From contig JAJYLG010000009.1 in the NCBI GenBank assembly GCA_021787985.1, positions 141 through 64,140 on the forward strand: 64,000 bases of DNA, in the 5' to 3' direction. Under the pieces are notes generated by a model. That model searched no databases. It was not told the DNA's origin and saw nothing but the letters and a program-made list of their open reading frames with translations. Position numbers and translations under genes: made by a program. The DNA comes from Chloroflexota bacterium. GTDB lineage: Bacteria > Chloroflexota > Dehalococcoidia > DSGV01. This document shows, piece by piece, positions 51,028 through 60,407 of this stretch. Positions within the stretch are counted from its first letter, which is position 1; each line of letters starts with the position of its first letter.

Positions 51028-52437
51028 ATGGAATATCGCATCGAACGTGACTCGATGGGCGAGCTGCAGGTGCCCGATGACGCCTACTACGGGGCGCAGA
51101 CGGCGCGCGCGATAGTCAACTTCCCCATCTCCGGGCTTCGCTTTCCGCGCGGCTTCATCCGGGCGATGGGCGCCATCAAGCAGGCCGCGGCCGAGACGAA
51201 CGTCGAGCTCGGCCTGCTGGACGAGGCGCGCGCGCGGGCCATCCTGCAGGCCGGTGAGGAGGTGATCGCCGGGAAGCTCGATGACCAGTTCCCGCTCGAC
51301 ATCTACCAGACCGGCTCGGGCACCTCGACGAACATGAACACGAACGAGGTGATCGCCGGGCGCGCGAACGAGATCCTGGCCGGCAAGCGCGGCGGGCGAG
51401 AGCCGGTGCACCCGAACGACCACGTCAACCTGGGGCAGTCGTCCAACGACGTGATCCCGACCGCCATCCACGTGTCGGCGGCGGTCGAGCTGCAGACGGT
51501 GCTGCTGCCGGCCATGGTCGAGCTGCGCGACGTGCTGCGGGCGAAGGGGCGCGAGTGGGACGACGTGGTGAAGATCGGCCGCACGCACCTGATGGACGCC
51601 ACGCCGATCCGCCTGGGTCAGGAGGCATCGGGCTGGGCGCGTCAGGTGGAGCTCTGCTGCCAGCGGCTGGAGTCGGTGCAGCCGCGGCTGCTGGAGCTGG
51701 CGCTGGGCGGCACCGCGGTCGGCACGGGGCTGAACACGCACCCGGAGTTCGCCGCGAAGGTCGCGGCGAGGCTCGGCGCGCGCTTTGGCCTGGCCTTCCG
51801 GGAGGCGGAGAACCACTTCGAGGCGCAGCAGTCGAAGGACACGGCGGCCGAGCTGGCCGCGCAGCTCTCGGCGGTCGCGACGGCGCTGGTGAAGGTGGCG
51901 AACGATATTCGCTGGCTGTCGTCGGGGCCGCGCTGCGGGATCGGGGAGATCCGGCTGCCGGCGGTGCAACCGGGCAGCTCGATCATGCCGGGCAAGGTCA
52001 ACCCGGTGATGTGCGAGGCGCTGATCATGGCCTGCGTGCAGGTGATGGGCAACGCGGTGGCCGTGCAGGTCGCCAACACGCACGGAAACCTGGACCTGAA
52101 CGTGATGATGCCGGTGATGGCGCGCAACCTGCTGGAATCGATTGACATCCTCGGCAACGCGGTGCGGGCGTTCACGGAGCGTGCGGCGCGCGGCATGGAA
52201 GCGAACCGCGAGCGGGCGGCGAGCTTCGTCGAGTGGTCACTGGCGATGGTGACTTCGCTGGCGCCGGTGGTCGGCTACGACCGGGCGGCGGAGATCGCGC
52301 ACGAGGCGGTGGAGAAAGGCAAGACGGTCCGCCAGGTCTGCCTGGAGGACGGCGTGCTGCCGGAAGCGGAGCTGGACGCGCTGCTCGACCCGCGGGCGAT
52401 GACGGAGCCCGGTATCCGGGGAAAGGGCGGCGAGTAA
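51028..52437 (+). CDS. fumC: Class II fumarate hydratase
   Basis: YRIERDSMGEL N-terminus; GSSIMPGKVNPV signature. Confidence 0.9.
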   Translation: MEYRIERDSMGELQVPDDAYYGAQTARAIVNFPISGLRFPRGFIRAMGAIKQAAAETNVELGLLDEARARAILQAGEEVIAGKLDDQFPLDIYQTGSGTSTNMNTNEVIAGRANEILAGKRGGREPVHPNDHVNLGQSSNDVIPTAIHVSAAVELQTVLLPAMVELRDVLRAKGREWDDVVKIGRTHLMDATPIRLGQEASGWARQVELCCQRLESVQPRLLELALGGTAVGTGLNTHPEFAAKVAARLGARFGLAFREAENHFEAQQSKDTAAELAAQLSAVATALVKVANDIRWLSSGPRCGIGEIRLPAVQPGSSIMPGKVNPVMCEALIMACVQVMGNAVAVQVANTHGNLDLNVMMPVMARNLLESIDILGNAVRAFTERAARGMEANRERAASFVEWSLAMVTSLAPVVGYDRAAEIAHEAVEKGKTVRQVCLEDGVLPEAELDALLDPRAMTEPGIRGKGGE

Positions 52438-52454
52438 GCGGCCTGCCGGGCGGG

Positions 52455-52500
52455 ACTGGGATTTGCGATTCGAGACCTGAGACTTGAGATCTGGGCCGGG
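52455..52500. repeat. Dispersed repeat locus C: GGGACTGGGATTTGCGATTCGAGACCTGAGACTTGAGATCTGGGCC (heptamer GAGAYYT units)
   Basis: About 85% identical to locus D at 53688..53730. Immediately 3' of fumC. Confidence 0.6.
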
Positions 52501-52678
52501 GCCGAGCGGCGGGCGGGACCGGGAGGAAGGATGGCGCCGGCCAGCTTGTGATGGGTGCGCCAGACATGCGCGGCAGAGCACATCAGCCTGGCTGTACAGA
52601 AGCTGCAGAAGTGGCAAATCCGCGGTATTGGCAGTAGGATGAGGGTGCGGTAACACGCGTTGAGTGAGGTGCAGCCGG

Positions 52679-52987
52679 ATGGCCACTCGAGTCGTTTCGG
52701 CGCAAGAAGCGCGGGCGAAGTTCGCTGAGCTTACGGATCGCGTGCATTACACCGGCGAGCCAGCGATCGTCGAGAAACAGGGCCGTCCATTCGTGGCGCT
52801 GGTTCGGCCCGAGGACGTGGAGGAGCTGGAGCGGCTGCGGGCGTGGTGGCGCAGCGACGAGTTCAGTCGGCGCGCGGCCCGCGCGGCTCAGCAGGTCACG
52901 GGCCCGGAGCCGACCGAGCAGGAGATCGTGGCCGCGGTGAAGCGGACTCGTGAGGAGCTGTACCGCGAGCGCTATGGCGCAGCGTAG
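52679..52987 (+). CDS. Phd/YefM-family antitoxin
   Basis: MATRVVSAQEARAKFAELTDRVHYTGEPAIVEKQGRPFVALV. Confidence 0.7.
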   Translation: MATRVVSAQEARAKFAELTDRVHYTGEPAIVEKQGRPFVALVRPEDVEELERLRAWWRSDEFSRRAARAAQQVTGPEPTEQEIVAAVKRTREELYRERYGAA

Positions 52988-53513
52988 GCTGCGGGTCGCG
53001 CTCGATGCCAACGTCCTCATCGCGGGTGTCCGTCTCCCGCGCTGGCCGCACGAGGTGCTGCGAACCGCCCTGGGCGACTTCTTCGACGTCGCGCTGCCCG
53101 CCCAGGTGATTGTGGAGGCCAGGCGACACCTGGCGCAGCCCGCTCAGATGGCCGCTCTCCAGTTCTTCCTCGAAGCGTCACGGCATGAAGAGCTCACGAT
53201 GCCGCCGGTCAACGTGGTTCGACGGAATGTGGACCTGGTGCGCAGCGAGAAGGATGTGGCGATCGCGCTGGCGTTGCTGGTGGGTGACGTGGACATCTTC
53301 GTCACCAGCGATCGCGACTTTACGGAGCCGGTCGCCACGGCCGAGCGCTTTCGGAAGCAGGTGCGGGTGATGCTTCCGGCGGTGTTCCTGCGCGAGGTCG
53401 CCGGATGGGGCTCAGAAGCGCTGGAGACCATCCGCAACCGGACCTGGGAGGAATGGCGGTCCGAGCTCGCTGCGTCCGCAGGACGCCTGGCCGCACCGGA
53501 CGTTGCGCCCTGA
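52974..53513 (+). CDS. PIN-domain toxin (VapC-like)
   Basis: RVALDANVLIAG; 180 aa; overlaps the antitoxin gene. Confidence 0.7.
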   Translation: MAQRRLRVALDANVLIAGVRLPRWPHEVLRTALGDFFDVALPAQVIVEARRHLAQPAQMAALQFFLEASRHEELTMPPVNVVRRNVDLVRSEKDVAIALALLVGDVDIFVTSDRDFTEPVATAERFRKQVRVMLPAVFLREVAGWGSEALETIRNRTWEEWRSELAASAGRLAAPDVAP

Positions 53514-53653
53514 TCGAAGGGGCGACTGTGCGCGCTGCCGAGCGTGCGGAGAACAGGTTGGAGGAAGCACGCGACGGCGGAAGCGGCGGGCGTCGCCGTA
53601 GGCCAGGTTGTTCTGGATCTCGACGAAGAACCTACCGGGGCTGCCCCAACGGG

Positions 53654-53677
53654 CGCCCGTTTGGGCGAACCACCGTA
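53654..53677. terminator. Near-perfect palindrome GCCCCAACGGGCG/CGCCCGTTTGGGC between convergent PIN and radical-SAM genes
   Basis: Seen in sequence; bidirectional terminator candidate. Confidence 0.4.
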
Positions 53678-53687
53678 GGTGGCGGCG

Positions 53688-53730
53688 GGCGGGACCGGGA
53701 TTTGCGATTCGAGATCTGAGATCTGGGCCG
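53688..53730. repeat. Dispersed repeat locus D: GGGACCGGGATTTGCGATTCGAGATCTGAGATCTGGGCC
   Basis: Matches locus C; same family as loci A and B. Confidence 0.6.
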
Positions 53731-53739
53731 CGGCCTGGA

Positions 53740-54717
53740 TCAGGCCGGGCAGAAGGCCGATGCCAGAGCCGCGTCCGGCGGACGGGCGGGCAAGGTCGGC
53801 GGGCGGTGGGCGACGGCGGCGAGGAGTCCGGGCAGGCGTAGCTGCCCGGGTTGGGAGCGGTCGTCCTCAGTCCAGCGGTCGTCGAGAGCGAAACGGCGCT
53901 TGAGCTCGTCGATCTCGCGCTGCACCTGGGCACGGTAGCGCGGCGGCGCGTACGCGTGGTCGTAGAGGCGGGCGTAGAGCGGCAGCAGGTGCGGGTAGTG
54001 GATGGCGAGCGCGTCGAAGAAGGCCTGGCGCGTCGCGGGCTGCAAGAACAGGGCATTGGCGGCGACGAAGGACGCGCCGTGGTCGCGAGCCGCGCGCACG
54101 ACCTGCTCGAGCGTGGCCGGATCGTCGTTGATGCCGGGCATGACCGGCGCCATCAGCACGCCCGCGCGGACGCCGGCTTTCGCTAGCTGCTCCAACGCGC
54201 CGAGGCGCTTCCAGGGTGGGGCGGTCGAAGGCTCGATCCGCCGCCAGCGGTCGCGGTCGAGGAAGCTCACGCTGAAGTTGACGGTGAGCGGCGCCTGACG
54301 CCCAAGCTCCTGCAGGATGTCGCGATCGCGCAGGATGAACGGGGACTTGGTGACGATGCTGGTCGGGTTGGCGTGGCGGACCAGGACCGCGAGGCAGCGA
54401 CGGGTGAGCCGGTAGTGGAGCTCGGCCGGCTGGTAGGGGTCGCAGGCGGTGCCGACCGCGATCAGCTCGCGCCGCCAGCTTCGGCGGGAGAGGTCGCGAT
54501 GCAACGCCTCGGGGGCGTTGACCTTGACCTCGACCAGCCCGGCGAAGTCGGCCGACGGGTCGTAGCCGAGCAGGGCGTAGCTGGAGCGGGCGAAGCAGTA
54601 GGCGCAGTCGTGCTGGCAGCCGCGGTACGGGTTGGCGGACCAGCGAAACGGCAGCGGCCCCCGCACGCGATTGAGGAGCGTGCGGCAGGCGGTTTCCACG
54701 AGCTGCGGTGGCGGCAT
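53740..54717 (-). CDS. Radical SAM protein (SplB/DNA-photolyase-like COG1533 family)
   Basis: CQHDCAYC (CxxxCxxC) cluster motif; 325 aa. Confidence 0.75.
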   Translation of the reverse strand: MPPPQLVETACRTLLNRVRGPLPFRWSANPYRGCQHDCAYCFARSSYALLGYDPSADFAGLVEVKVNAPEALHRDLSRRSWRRELIAVGTACDPYQPAELHYRLTRRCLAVLVRHANPTSIVTKSPFILRDRDILQELGRQAPLTVNFSVSFLDRDRWRRIEPSTAPPWKRLGALEQLAKAGVRAGVLMAPVMPGINDDPATLEQVVRAARDHGASFVAANALFLQPATRQAFFDALAIHYPHLLPLYARLYDHAYAPPRYRAQVQREIDELKRRFALDDRWTEDDRSQPGQLRLPGLLAAVAHRPPTLPARPPDAALASAFCPA

Positions 54718-54875
54718 GAGCGACCCCCTCTGCGGATAACAGAACAGATGTTCTGTTCGCTGTCAAGTCGCCTCCTCCCGGCCGTACCTGGAGGCTGCCG
54801 CGCCGCGGGACGGGATTCCGTCCGCCAAAGGATGAACCCCATCAGCCGCAGTGGGTCGGCGTGCGACGCGGGTCG

Positions 54876-55700
54876 ATGATGGAGCCACGGCCGCTCTACG
54901 GCGTCGACTTCAGCGGCGCGGCCGACGCGGGGCGTCGCGTCTGGGTGGCGCGCGGTCATCCACACGGTGAGGGCGTGGCAGTCGAGTGGTCGCGGCCGCT
55001 GGCCACACTGCCGGGCGGAAGCGTGGCGCGCGACCGAGCGCTCCGCGCCTTGCGACAGTTCATCGGCGTGGCTGGCGAGGCGATTTTCGGGTTGGACGTG
55101 CCGCTGGGGCTGCCGGCGTCATTGGTGCGCGAGCGCACCTGGAAGGACTTCCTGCGCGCCTTCCGTGCTCGTTATCCCTCCGCCCAGGAGTTCCGCCGCT
55201 CATGCTGGGAGGCGGCCGGCGGTCGTGAGCTGCGACGGCTCACCGAGCGGGAGGAGCGCGCACCGTTCTCCGCCTACAATCTGCGTCTCTACCGCCAGAC
55301 GTTTTGCGCCCTGCGCGACGTGGTCGGCCCGCTGGTGGCGGACGGTCGCGCTCGCGTGCTGCCGATGCAGGCGGCCCGGCCCGGGGTGCCGTGGCTGCTC
55401 GAGGCGTGTCCGGCGTGCACGCTCAAGCGGCTTGGGCTGTACCGTCCTCCCCACCGGCCATACAAAGGCGGGTCGGAGCTCCACGCGGCCGCCCGGTCGC
55501 TCGTGGTCGAGCGGCTGGAAGCGGAGGGTCGTGTGCAGTGGGTGTCGTCCGCGGCGCGCGCGGCGGCGCTCGGCCAGAGTGGAGGGGACGCGTTGGACAG
55601 CGCGCTGGCGCTGCTCGCCGTGGCGGGTGCCATGCGCCGGCCCGAAGCGCTGACCGGCGCCCGCCCGCCGTACGACATCGAGGGACGGGCCCACGGCTGA
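54876..55700 (+). CDS. DUF429-family (RNase H-like fold) protein
   Basis: LYGVDFSGAADAGRRVWVA N-terminus typical of DUF429. Confidence 0.55.
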   Translation: MMEPRPLYGVDFSGAADAGRRVWVARGHPHGEGVAVEWSRPLATLPGGSVARDRALRALRQFIGVAGEAIFGLDVPLGLPASLVRERTWKDFLRAFRARYPSAQEFRRSCWEAAGGRELRRLTEREERAPFSAYNLRLYRQTFCALRDVVGPLVADGRARVLPMQAARPGVPWLLEACPACTLKRLGLYRPPHRPYKGGSELHAAARSLVVERLEAEGRVQWVSSAARAAALGQSGGDALDSALALLAVAGAMRRPEALTGARPPYDIEGRAHG

Positions 55701-55706
55701 GCCGGG

Positions 55707-56135
55707 TCAGCTCGTTTGCGGCGGATGGGCGCCGGCGGCGAGGCCGTGCCGGCGGCGGACGAGCCGCACCGCCACGTGGGTCGCGCCCAACCGTGCCACG
55801 CCGGTGTCGACGAGCCCGGCAGCGGCCGCGGCGGCGAGTACTTCATGCTCGGCCAGGGCACCGGGTTGCCCGTGCACGGGGAAGCACACCCATACCACGC
55901 CGGCCACGGCGAGGCCGGCGGCCGCATCGGCCAGGCGCTCGCTCGCGGGCTCGCCCGCGCGCAGCCAGGCGAGCACCACGTCGGCCGGCGAGGCGTCGGG
56001 CGTGGCCTGCGCGGGGGCGACCGTGATGCGCGGGAGCAGCCCCGGGGCGGGCGTGCCGACGACGCGGACTCGCGTCGCCGGTCCGATGCCGAGCCGTTCC
56101 GCGATGCCGGGACCGGCGGGTTCTGCCTCGCGCAC
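55707..56135 (-). CDS. Hypothetical protein
   Basis: 142 aa ORF with plausible codon usage, no domain recognized. Confidence 0.35.
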   Translation of the reverse strand: MREAEPAGPGIAERLGIGPATRVRVVGTPAPGLLPRITVAPAQATPDASPADVVLAWLRAGEPASERLADAAAGLAVAGVVWVCFPVHGQPGALAEHEVLAAAAAAGLVDTGVARLGATHVAVRLVRRRHGLAAGAHPPQTS

Positions 56136-56190
56136 GTGCTACCCCTTCCCTCGCGCCGCAGGATAGCAGACGCTGGATGGAGGACTACGA

Positions 56191-56964
56191 GTGACCATTC
56201 TCCAACACTTCGGCGCGTTTGGCATCGGGCTGCTCATCGGGCTGCTCGGGGGGTTGTTTGGCAAGGGCGGAAGCGCCGTTGCGACGCCCCTCTTGCGGAT
56301 GATCGGCCTTCCTGGATTCGTCGCGGTTGCTTCGCCGCTGCCGGCGACGATCCCCGGGACGGCGGTCGCCTCGGCGGAATACTGGCGCGAGCGAATGCTC
56401 GACTGGCCGGTGGTGTGGTGGAGCATCGTCATCGGCATTCCGGCCACGATCGCCGGGTCGTTTCTGTCGCAGGTCACGGGCGCCGGTCCGCTGCTGGTGC
56501 TGACGGCCCTGCTGGTGCTCGGGTTTGGACTGTCATTCCTGGTGCGGCCAACCGAGCGCGCGGGGCAGGTCGCGGCCGCGGCCGCCGACCCGCCGGACCG
56601 GCCGCCGTACTGGCCGCTGCGGCTGCTCGCGGTGACGGCGTCGGTGGGGCTGGTGTCGGGCCTGCTGGCGAACTCGGGGGGCTTCCTGCTGGCGCCGAGC
56701 TATGCGCGCTTCCTGCGCCAGCCGATCAAGACCGCCTTCGGATGCTCACTGGCCGTGTCGGCCGTGCTGGCCATCCCGGGGACGATCGTGCACTGGTACC
56801 TGGGCCACATCTCGTGGCCGGTGACCGGCCTGGTGGCGTTGGGGTCGGTGCCGCTGTCCTATCTCGGCGCACGGATGGCGATCCGCATGCAGGCGTCACA
56901 CCTGGAGCGATGGTATGGCGTCGCGCTGACCGCGCTGGGCATCGTGTTCCTGTTTCACCACTGA
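56191..56964 (+). CDS. TauE/SafE (DUF81) family anion exporter
   Basis: 257 aa, two 4-TM repeats with GxGGG motifs (GLLGGLFGKGGS). Confidence 0.8.
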   Translation: MTILQHFGAFGIGLLIGLLGGLFGKGGSAVATPLLRMIGLPGFVAVASPLPATIPGTAVASAEYWRERMLDWPVVWWSIVIGIPATIAGSFLSQVTGAGPLLVLTALLVLGFGLSFLVRPTERAGQVAAAAADPPDRPPYWPLRLLAVTASVGLVSGLLANSGGFLLAPSYARFLRQPIKTAFGCSLAVSAVLAIPGTIVHWYLGHISWPVTGLVALGSVPLSYLGARMAIRMQASHLERWYGVALTALGIVFLFHH

Positions 56965-57082
56965 CAGGCTCGGCCGCCATCAAGAGCCCGTCGCACGCGC
57001 GCTGAAACCTCCACAAACCGCCGCAAAGCGCCGTCGGCCGGGGCTCGGTTCTGCCGCGGGCGGGGACTACACTCGGATCGCC

Positions 57083-57841
57083 ATGCGCACCGTCCTTCCT
57101 GTCGTCACATCGACGCTGGCGTTGCTGTTCGCCATTGAGATTGGCGTGCAGTGGGTGGAGCGCCGCCGCCCGCATCAGTTGGTGTGGGCGCTCGCGCTGG
57201 CCTGTTTCGCGACGGGCGCCGCCTGCGAGTTCGTGGGTGCGGTCTGGGGCTGGAGCGTGCCGCTCTACCGCGCCTGGTATCTGGCAGGCGCGATGTACGC
57301 GGCAGCGTGGCTGGGGCTTGGGTCCGTCTTCCTGCTCGTGCCGCGGCGGGTCGCGCTGTGGGCGGCCGCGATTGTCGCTGCGCTCTCGGTGATCGCGCTG
57401 ATACGTGTCTTGCAGGTGAACGTGGCCGCGGCGGACGTGGTGCCGCCGTCGGGCGAGGTACGGCCGCCGGCCGTCCACGGGCTGCCCGGTGATGTGGTCG
57501 CGCTGGTTGCGGTGCTCAACAGCTTCGGCACGATTGCGGTGATCGGCGGCGCGCTGTGGAGCGCGTGGCGTTTCCGGACGGCCGGCTGGGCCGCCTACCG
57601 CGTGGTGAGCAACGTGCTCATCGCCGGCGGGGCGCTCGTGGTCGGCGCGGCCGGCACGCTGACCCGCCTCGGACGGCCGGAGTACCTCTTCGTCGGCGAG
57701 TTCTTCGGGATCGTGCTCATCTACGCCGGCTTTCTGCGCAGCCGGCCGCGGATCAGCCTGCCGCTGGTGGCGATCCTCCGGGGCGGAGGCGGCCGGCCGC
57801 ACACGCCGGTCCTTCCGCCAAAGGACAGCGGCGCCTCCTAG
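57083..57841 (+). CDS. Integral membrane protein, hypothetical
   Basis: 252 aa, about 7 TM. Confidence 0.5.
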   Translation: MRTVLPVVTSTLALLFAIEIGVQWVERRRPHQLVWALALACFATGAACEFVGAVWGWSVPLYRAWYLAGAMYAAAWLGLGSVFLLVPRRVALWAAAIVAALSVIALIRVLQVNVAAADVVPPSGEVRPPAVHGLPGDVVALVAVLNSFGTIAVIGGALWSAWRFRTAGWAAYRVVSNVLIAGGALVVGAAGTLTRLGRPEYLFVGEFFGIVLIYAGFLRSRPRISLPLVAILRGGGGRPHTPVLPPKDSGAS

Positions 57842-57969
57842 CCGTCGTCCGGCGCGTCAGATCCCGGTGTGGGCGAGCCCCGCCCAGCCTGTCCCCGCGG
57901 CGACCGCTCGTCGATAGATCCGGGGGAGAACCGGCGCGGCGCCGCGCCGGTCCGTCACGGGAACCGAGG

Positions 57970-58704
57970 CTACACGCCGCGCGCGAGACGCAGCGCGAGC
58001 GATTCGGGCAGGCCGGCCGCGCGGATCTTGCGCTGCGTCGCGGGGACGTCGTAGGCGACGCGGCGGAAGGTCACGGTTCGGCGCTCCGTGTCGTAGAGCG
58101 CGAACGCGGCGCGGGGGTCGCCGTCGCGCGGCTGGCCGACGCCGCCCGGGTTGACCACGGTCGGGAGATCGCCGAGCTGGAGCACGGCACCCGCTGGCAG
58201 AGGCGGACGAGGCGAGATCAGGTCGAGCCGGCGACCGGCACCGCGGAACACGAGCGGCACGTGGGTGTGACCCACGAATCCGATGGGGGTGTGCTGCCGT
58301 TGCAGGTGGGCGCGGGCGGCGTCCTCATCGAACAGGTACTCCAGGAGCGGGTCACGCAGGCTGCCGTGGCAGAGCGTGGCGCCGTCGCGCTCGAGGGTCC
58401 GCGGACAAGCGGCGAGGTAGTCGCGCTGCTCGGGCGTGAGCTGGCCGGCCGTCCAGTGGTTCGCCTCGGCGGCGATGGGGTTGAAGAGCGAGGTATCGAT
58501 GATGCCGACCGCGGCCGCGTCGTGGTTCCCGAGGACGTTGACGTGCGGCAGCTCACGGACGCGGTCGATGGCCGCGCAGGGCTCCGGGCCATAACCGACG
58601 GTGTCGCCCAGGACCCAGACGCAGTCGAATGCGCCGGCCGAGTCGAGCACGGCCTGAAGCGCCTCCATGTTGGCGTGGATGTCGGCGATGACCAGCACGA
58701 CCAC
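57970..58704 (-). CDS. Metallophosphoesterase (calcineurin-like); start approximate (GTG)
   Basis: VLVIADIHANMEAL, VWVLGDTVGYGPEP, VLGNHD, GHTHVP motifs. Confidence 0.75.
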   Translation of the reverse strand: MVVLVIADIHANMEALQAVLDSAGAFDCVWVLGDTVGYGPEPCAAIDRVRELPHVNVLGNHDAAAVGIIDTSLFNPIAAEANHWTAGQLTPEQRDYLAACPRTLERDGATLCHGSLRDPLLEYLFDEDAARAHLQRQHTPIGFVGHTHVPLVFRGAGRRLDLISPRPPLPAGAVLQLGDLPTVVNPGGVGQPRDGDPRAAFALYDTERRTVTFRRVAYDVPATQRKIRAAGLPESLALRLARGV

Positions 58705-58733
58705 GGGAGGTCCGCCGCGCCGACGGGTCGCCG

Positions 58734-59243
58734 TCAGCCGCGGGCCGACGGCCGGGGCGCCGGACACGCGCCGACGAGCGACCTCGCGCGCAATCGCAGC
58801 GTCCACAGCAGGAGCAGGAGGGATGCGACACCGATGTAGATCTGGGCGGGGGCGAACCAGGTCAGCGCGCCGCTGGTGCCCAACAGCAGGACCGCCAACT
58901 GGTTGCAGGTCGGGCAGCCGACCGCCAGGAAGGAGAGCACACCGCCCGCGACGACGCGCCGCTCGCCGCCGTCCCGAGCAGGCAGCAGGTACGTGGCGGC
59001 GGTGAGGCCCACCAGCAGCCCGGTCAGAGCCCAGATGACGTAGTCCTGAGGTCGCGGCGGGACGGCGCGGCCGAAGAGCGGGTTGGGGATGAGGACAGTC
59101 GGCACGCCAATGACCACCAGCGTCGCGACGCCGGCTGCCGCCCCGGCGAGCCACGTGCGTGGGCGGAAGAGCCGCAGCGCGTGCCACATCTCGCGGAAGG
59201 CCGTCGCGGGCCGGCCGCCGGCCGCGCGCTCCAGCGCTGTCAT
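58734..59243 (-). CDS. Membrane protein, hypothetical (4 TM, CPTCN motif)
   Basis: 169 aa hydrophobic ORF upstream of the phosphoesterase. Confidence 0.5.
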   Translation of the reverse strand: MTALERAAGGRPATAFREMWHALRLFRPRTWLAGAAAGVATLVVIGVPTVLIPNPLFGRAVPPRPQDYVIWALTGLLVGLTAATYLLPARDGGERRVVAGGVLSFLAVGCPTCNQLAVLLLGTSGALTWFAPAQIYIGVASLLLLLWTLRLRARSLVGACPAPRPSARG

Positions 59244-59413
59244 GCCGACCTCCGTGGCGCCGAGCAGGCGGCGCCCGTCATCCAGTGTACGCAGCCGCGG
59301 CGGGGTGAGGTGCGGCCCCGGGCGGCTCGGAAGACCGCGTGGCGTGGGTTGCAGCCGGGGCGACCGCTATCATTCAGGAGGCGGCGGAGACCGCATCGGA
59401 GCCGGAGGTGAGC

Positions 59414-60295
59414 ATGGTGGGAGAGTTCCGCGTCGACAGCTATCGGTTCTTGCCGCGGAGCTTCCGCCCCGCGTTCGAATCCTTCCCCGAGCAGCCCGTC
59501 ACCGTCTCAGCGGCGCGGCCGCGCGTCCCGCTGCCGCAGGCGCGCGTGGCGCTGTTGACGTCGGCCGGCCTCTATCTCGAGGGGCGGCAGCAGCCGTTCG
59601 ACCTGGAGCGAGAGCGGCGCGAGCCGCGATGGGGCGATCCGACGTTCCGTGAGATCCCGCGCGACGCGCGGCAGGACGAGATCGGCATGGCGCACCTTCA
59701 CCTCAGCGCGGACGACGTCTTGCAGGACTTCAACATCGCCCTGCCGATCGACGCGTTCGCCGCGTTGGAGCGCGAGGGCGCATTCGGTTCGCTGGCGCAG
59801 CGGCACTACTCGTTCATGGGCTACCAGGGCGAGTCGACGCGCGCGTGGGAAGAGGAGCAGGGGCCCGAGCTGGTTCGCCGCCTTGAGGAGGACCGAGTCG
59901 ACCTGCTGATACTCGCGCCCGCCTGACCGGACTGCTGCAAGAACGTGCCCGTGCTGGCACGGACGGTCGAGACGGCAGGCATCGCCACGGTCATCGTCAC
60001 GCCGATGCCGGAGATCGCCGAGCGGTTCCGCCTGCCGCGCATCGTGGGAGTGGAGTTCCCGTTCGGCCATGCGTTCGGCATGGCGGGAGACCGTGCGATG
60101 CAGCAGCGGGTCGCGCGGGCGGCCCTGGCGCTCTACGAGCAAGTGGACCTGCCGGCGCGGGTCGACCTGGAGATCCCGTGGCCGGTCGAGCAGTCGGTCG
60201 CCTACCGGGCTTGGCAGCCGTCCGAGCCGTCGCCGGTCGTCCGCTACCGGTTGGAGCAGGCGGCGCGGAGACGGGAGGGGCAAGGGGCGGGCTGA
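59414..60295 (+). CDS. GRDB-family (glycine/sarcosine/betaine/proline reductase protein B-like) protein with in-frame TGA at 59924..59926: candidate selenoprotein (or interrupted gene)
   Basis: Two six-frame ORFs share one frame, separated only by TGA: ...DLLILAPA-TGA-PDCCKNVPVLARTVETAGIATVIVTP.... A CCGTG-CTGG-CACGG hairpin begins about 21 nt 3' of the TGA (bacterial SECIS position). Family resemblance to GrdB/PrdB-type selenoproteins (U followed by Cys). Confidence 0.5.
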
Positions 60296-60407
60296 AGGCG
60301 GGTCGGGCGGAGTCGAATAGAATCGGTTGAGGGGAGATCGGCACGGGCGATGAAGCTCGGCCGGCGCCAAGCACCTCGCCGGCCGCGGTGCGGCGTTTTC
60401 CCGCCGG

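Noticed and set aside
39442-53730. Possibility that the GAGATCT-type repeats are a CRISPR array
   Set aside because: Units are only 7 nt (or one about 45-nt copy per locus). There are no unique spacers of 25-40 nt and no cas genes nearby.
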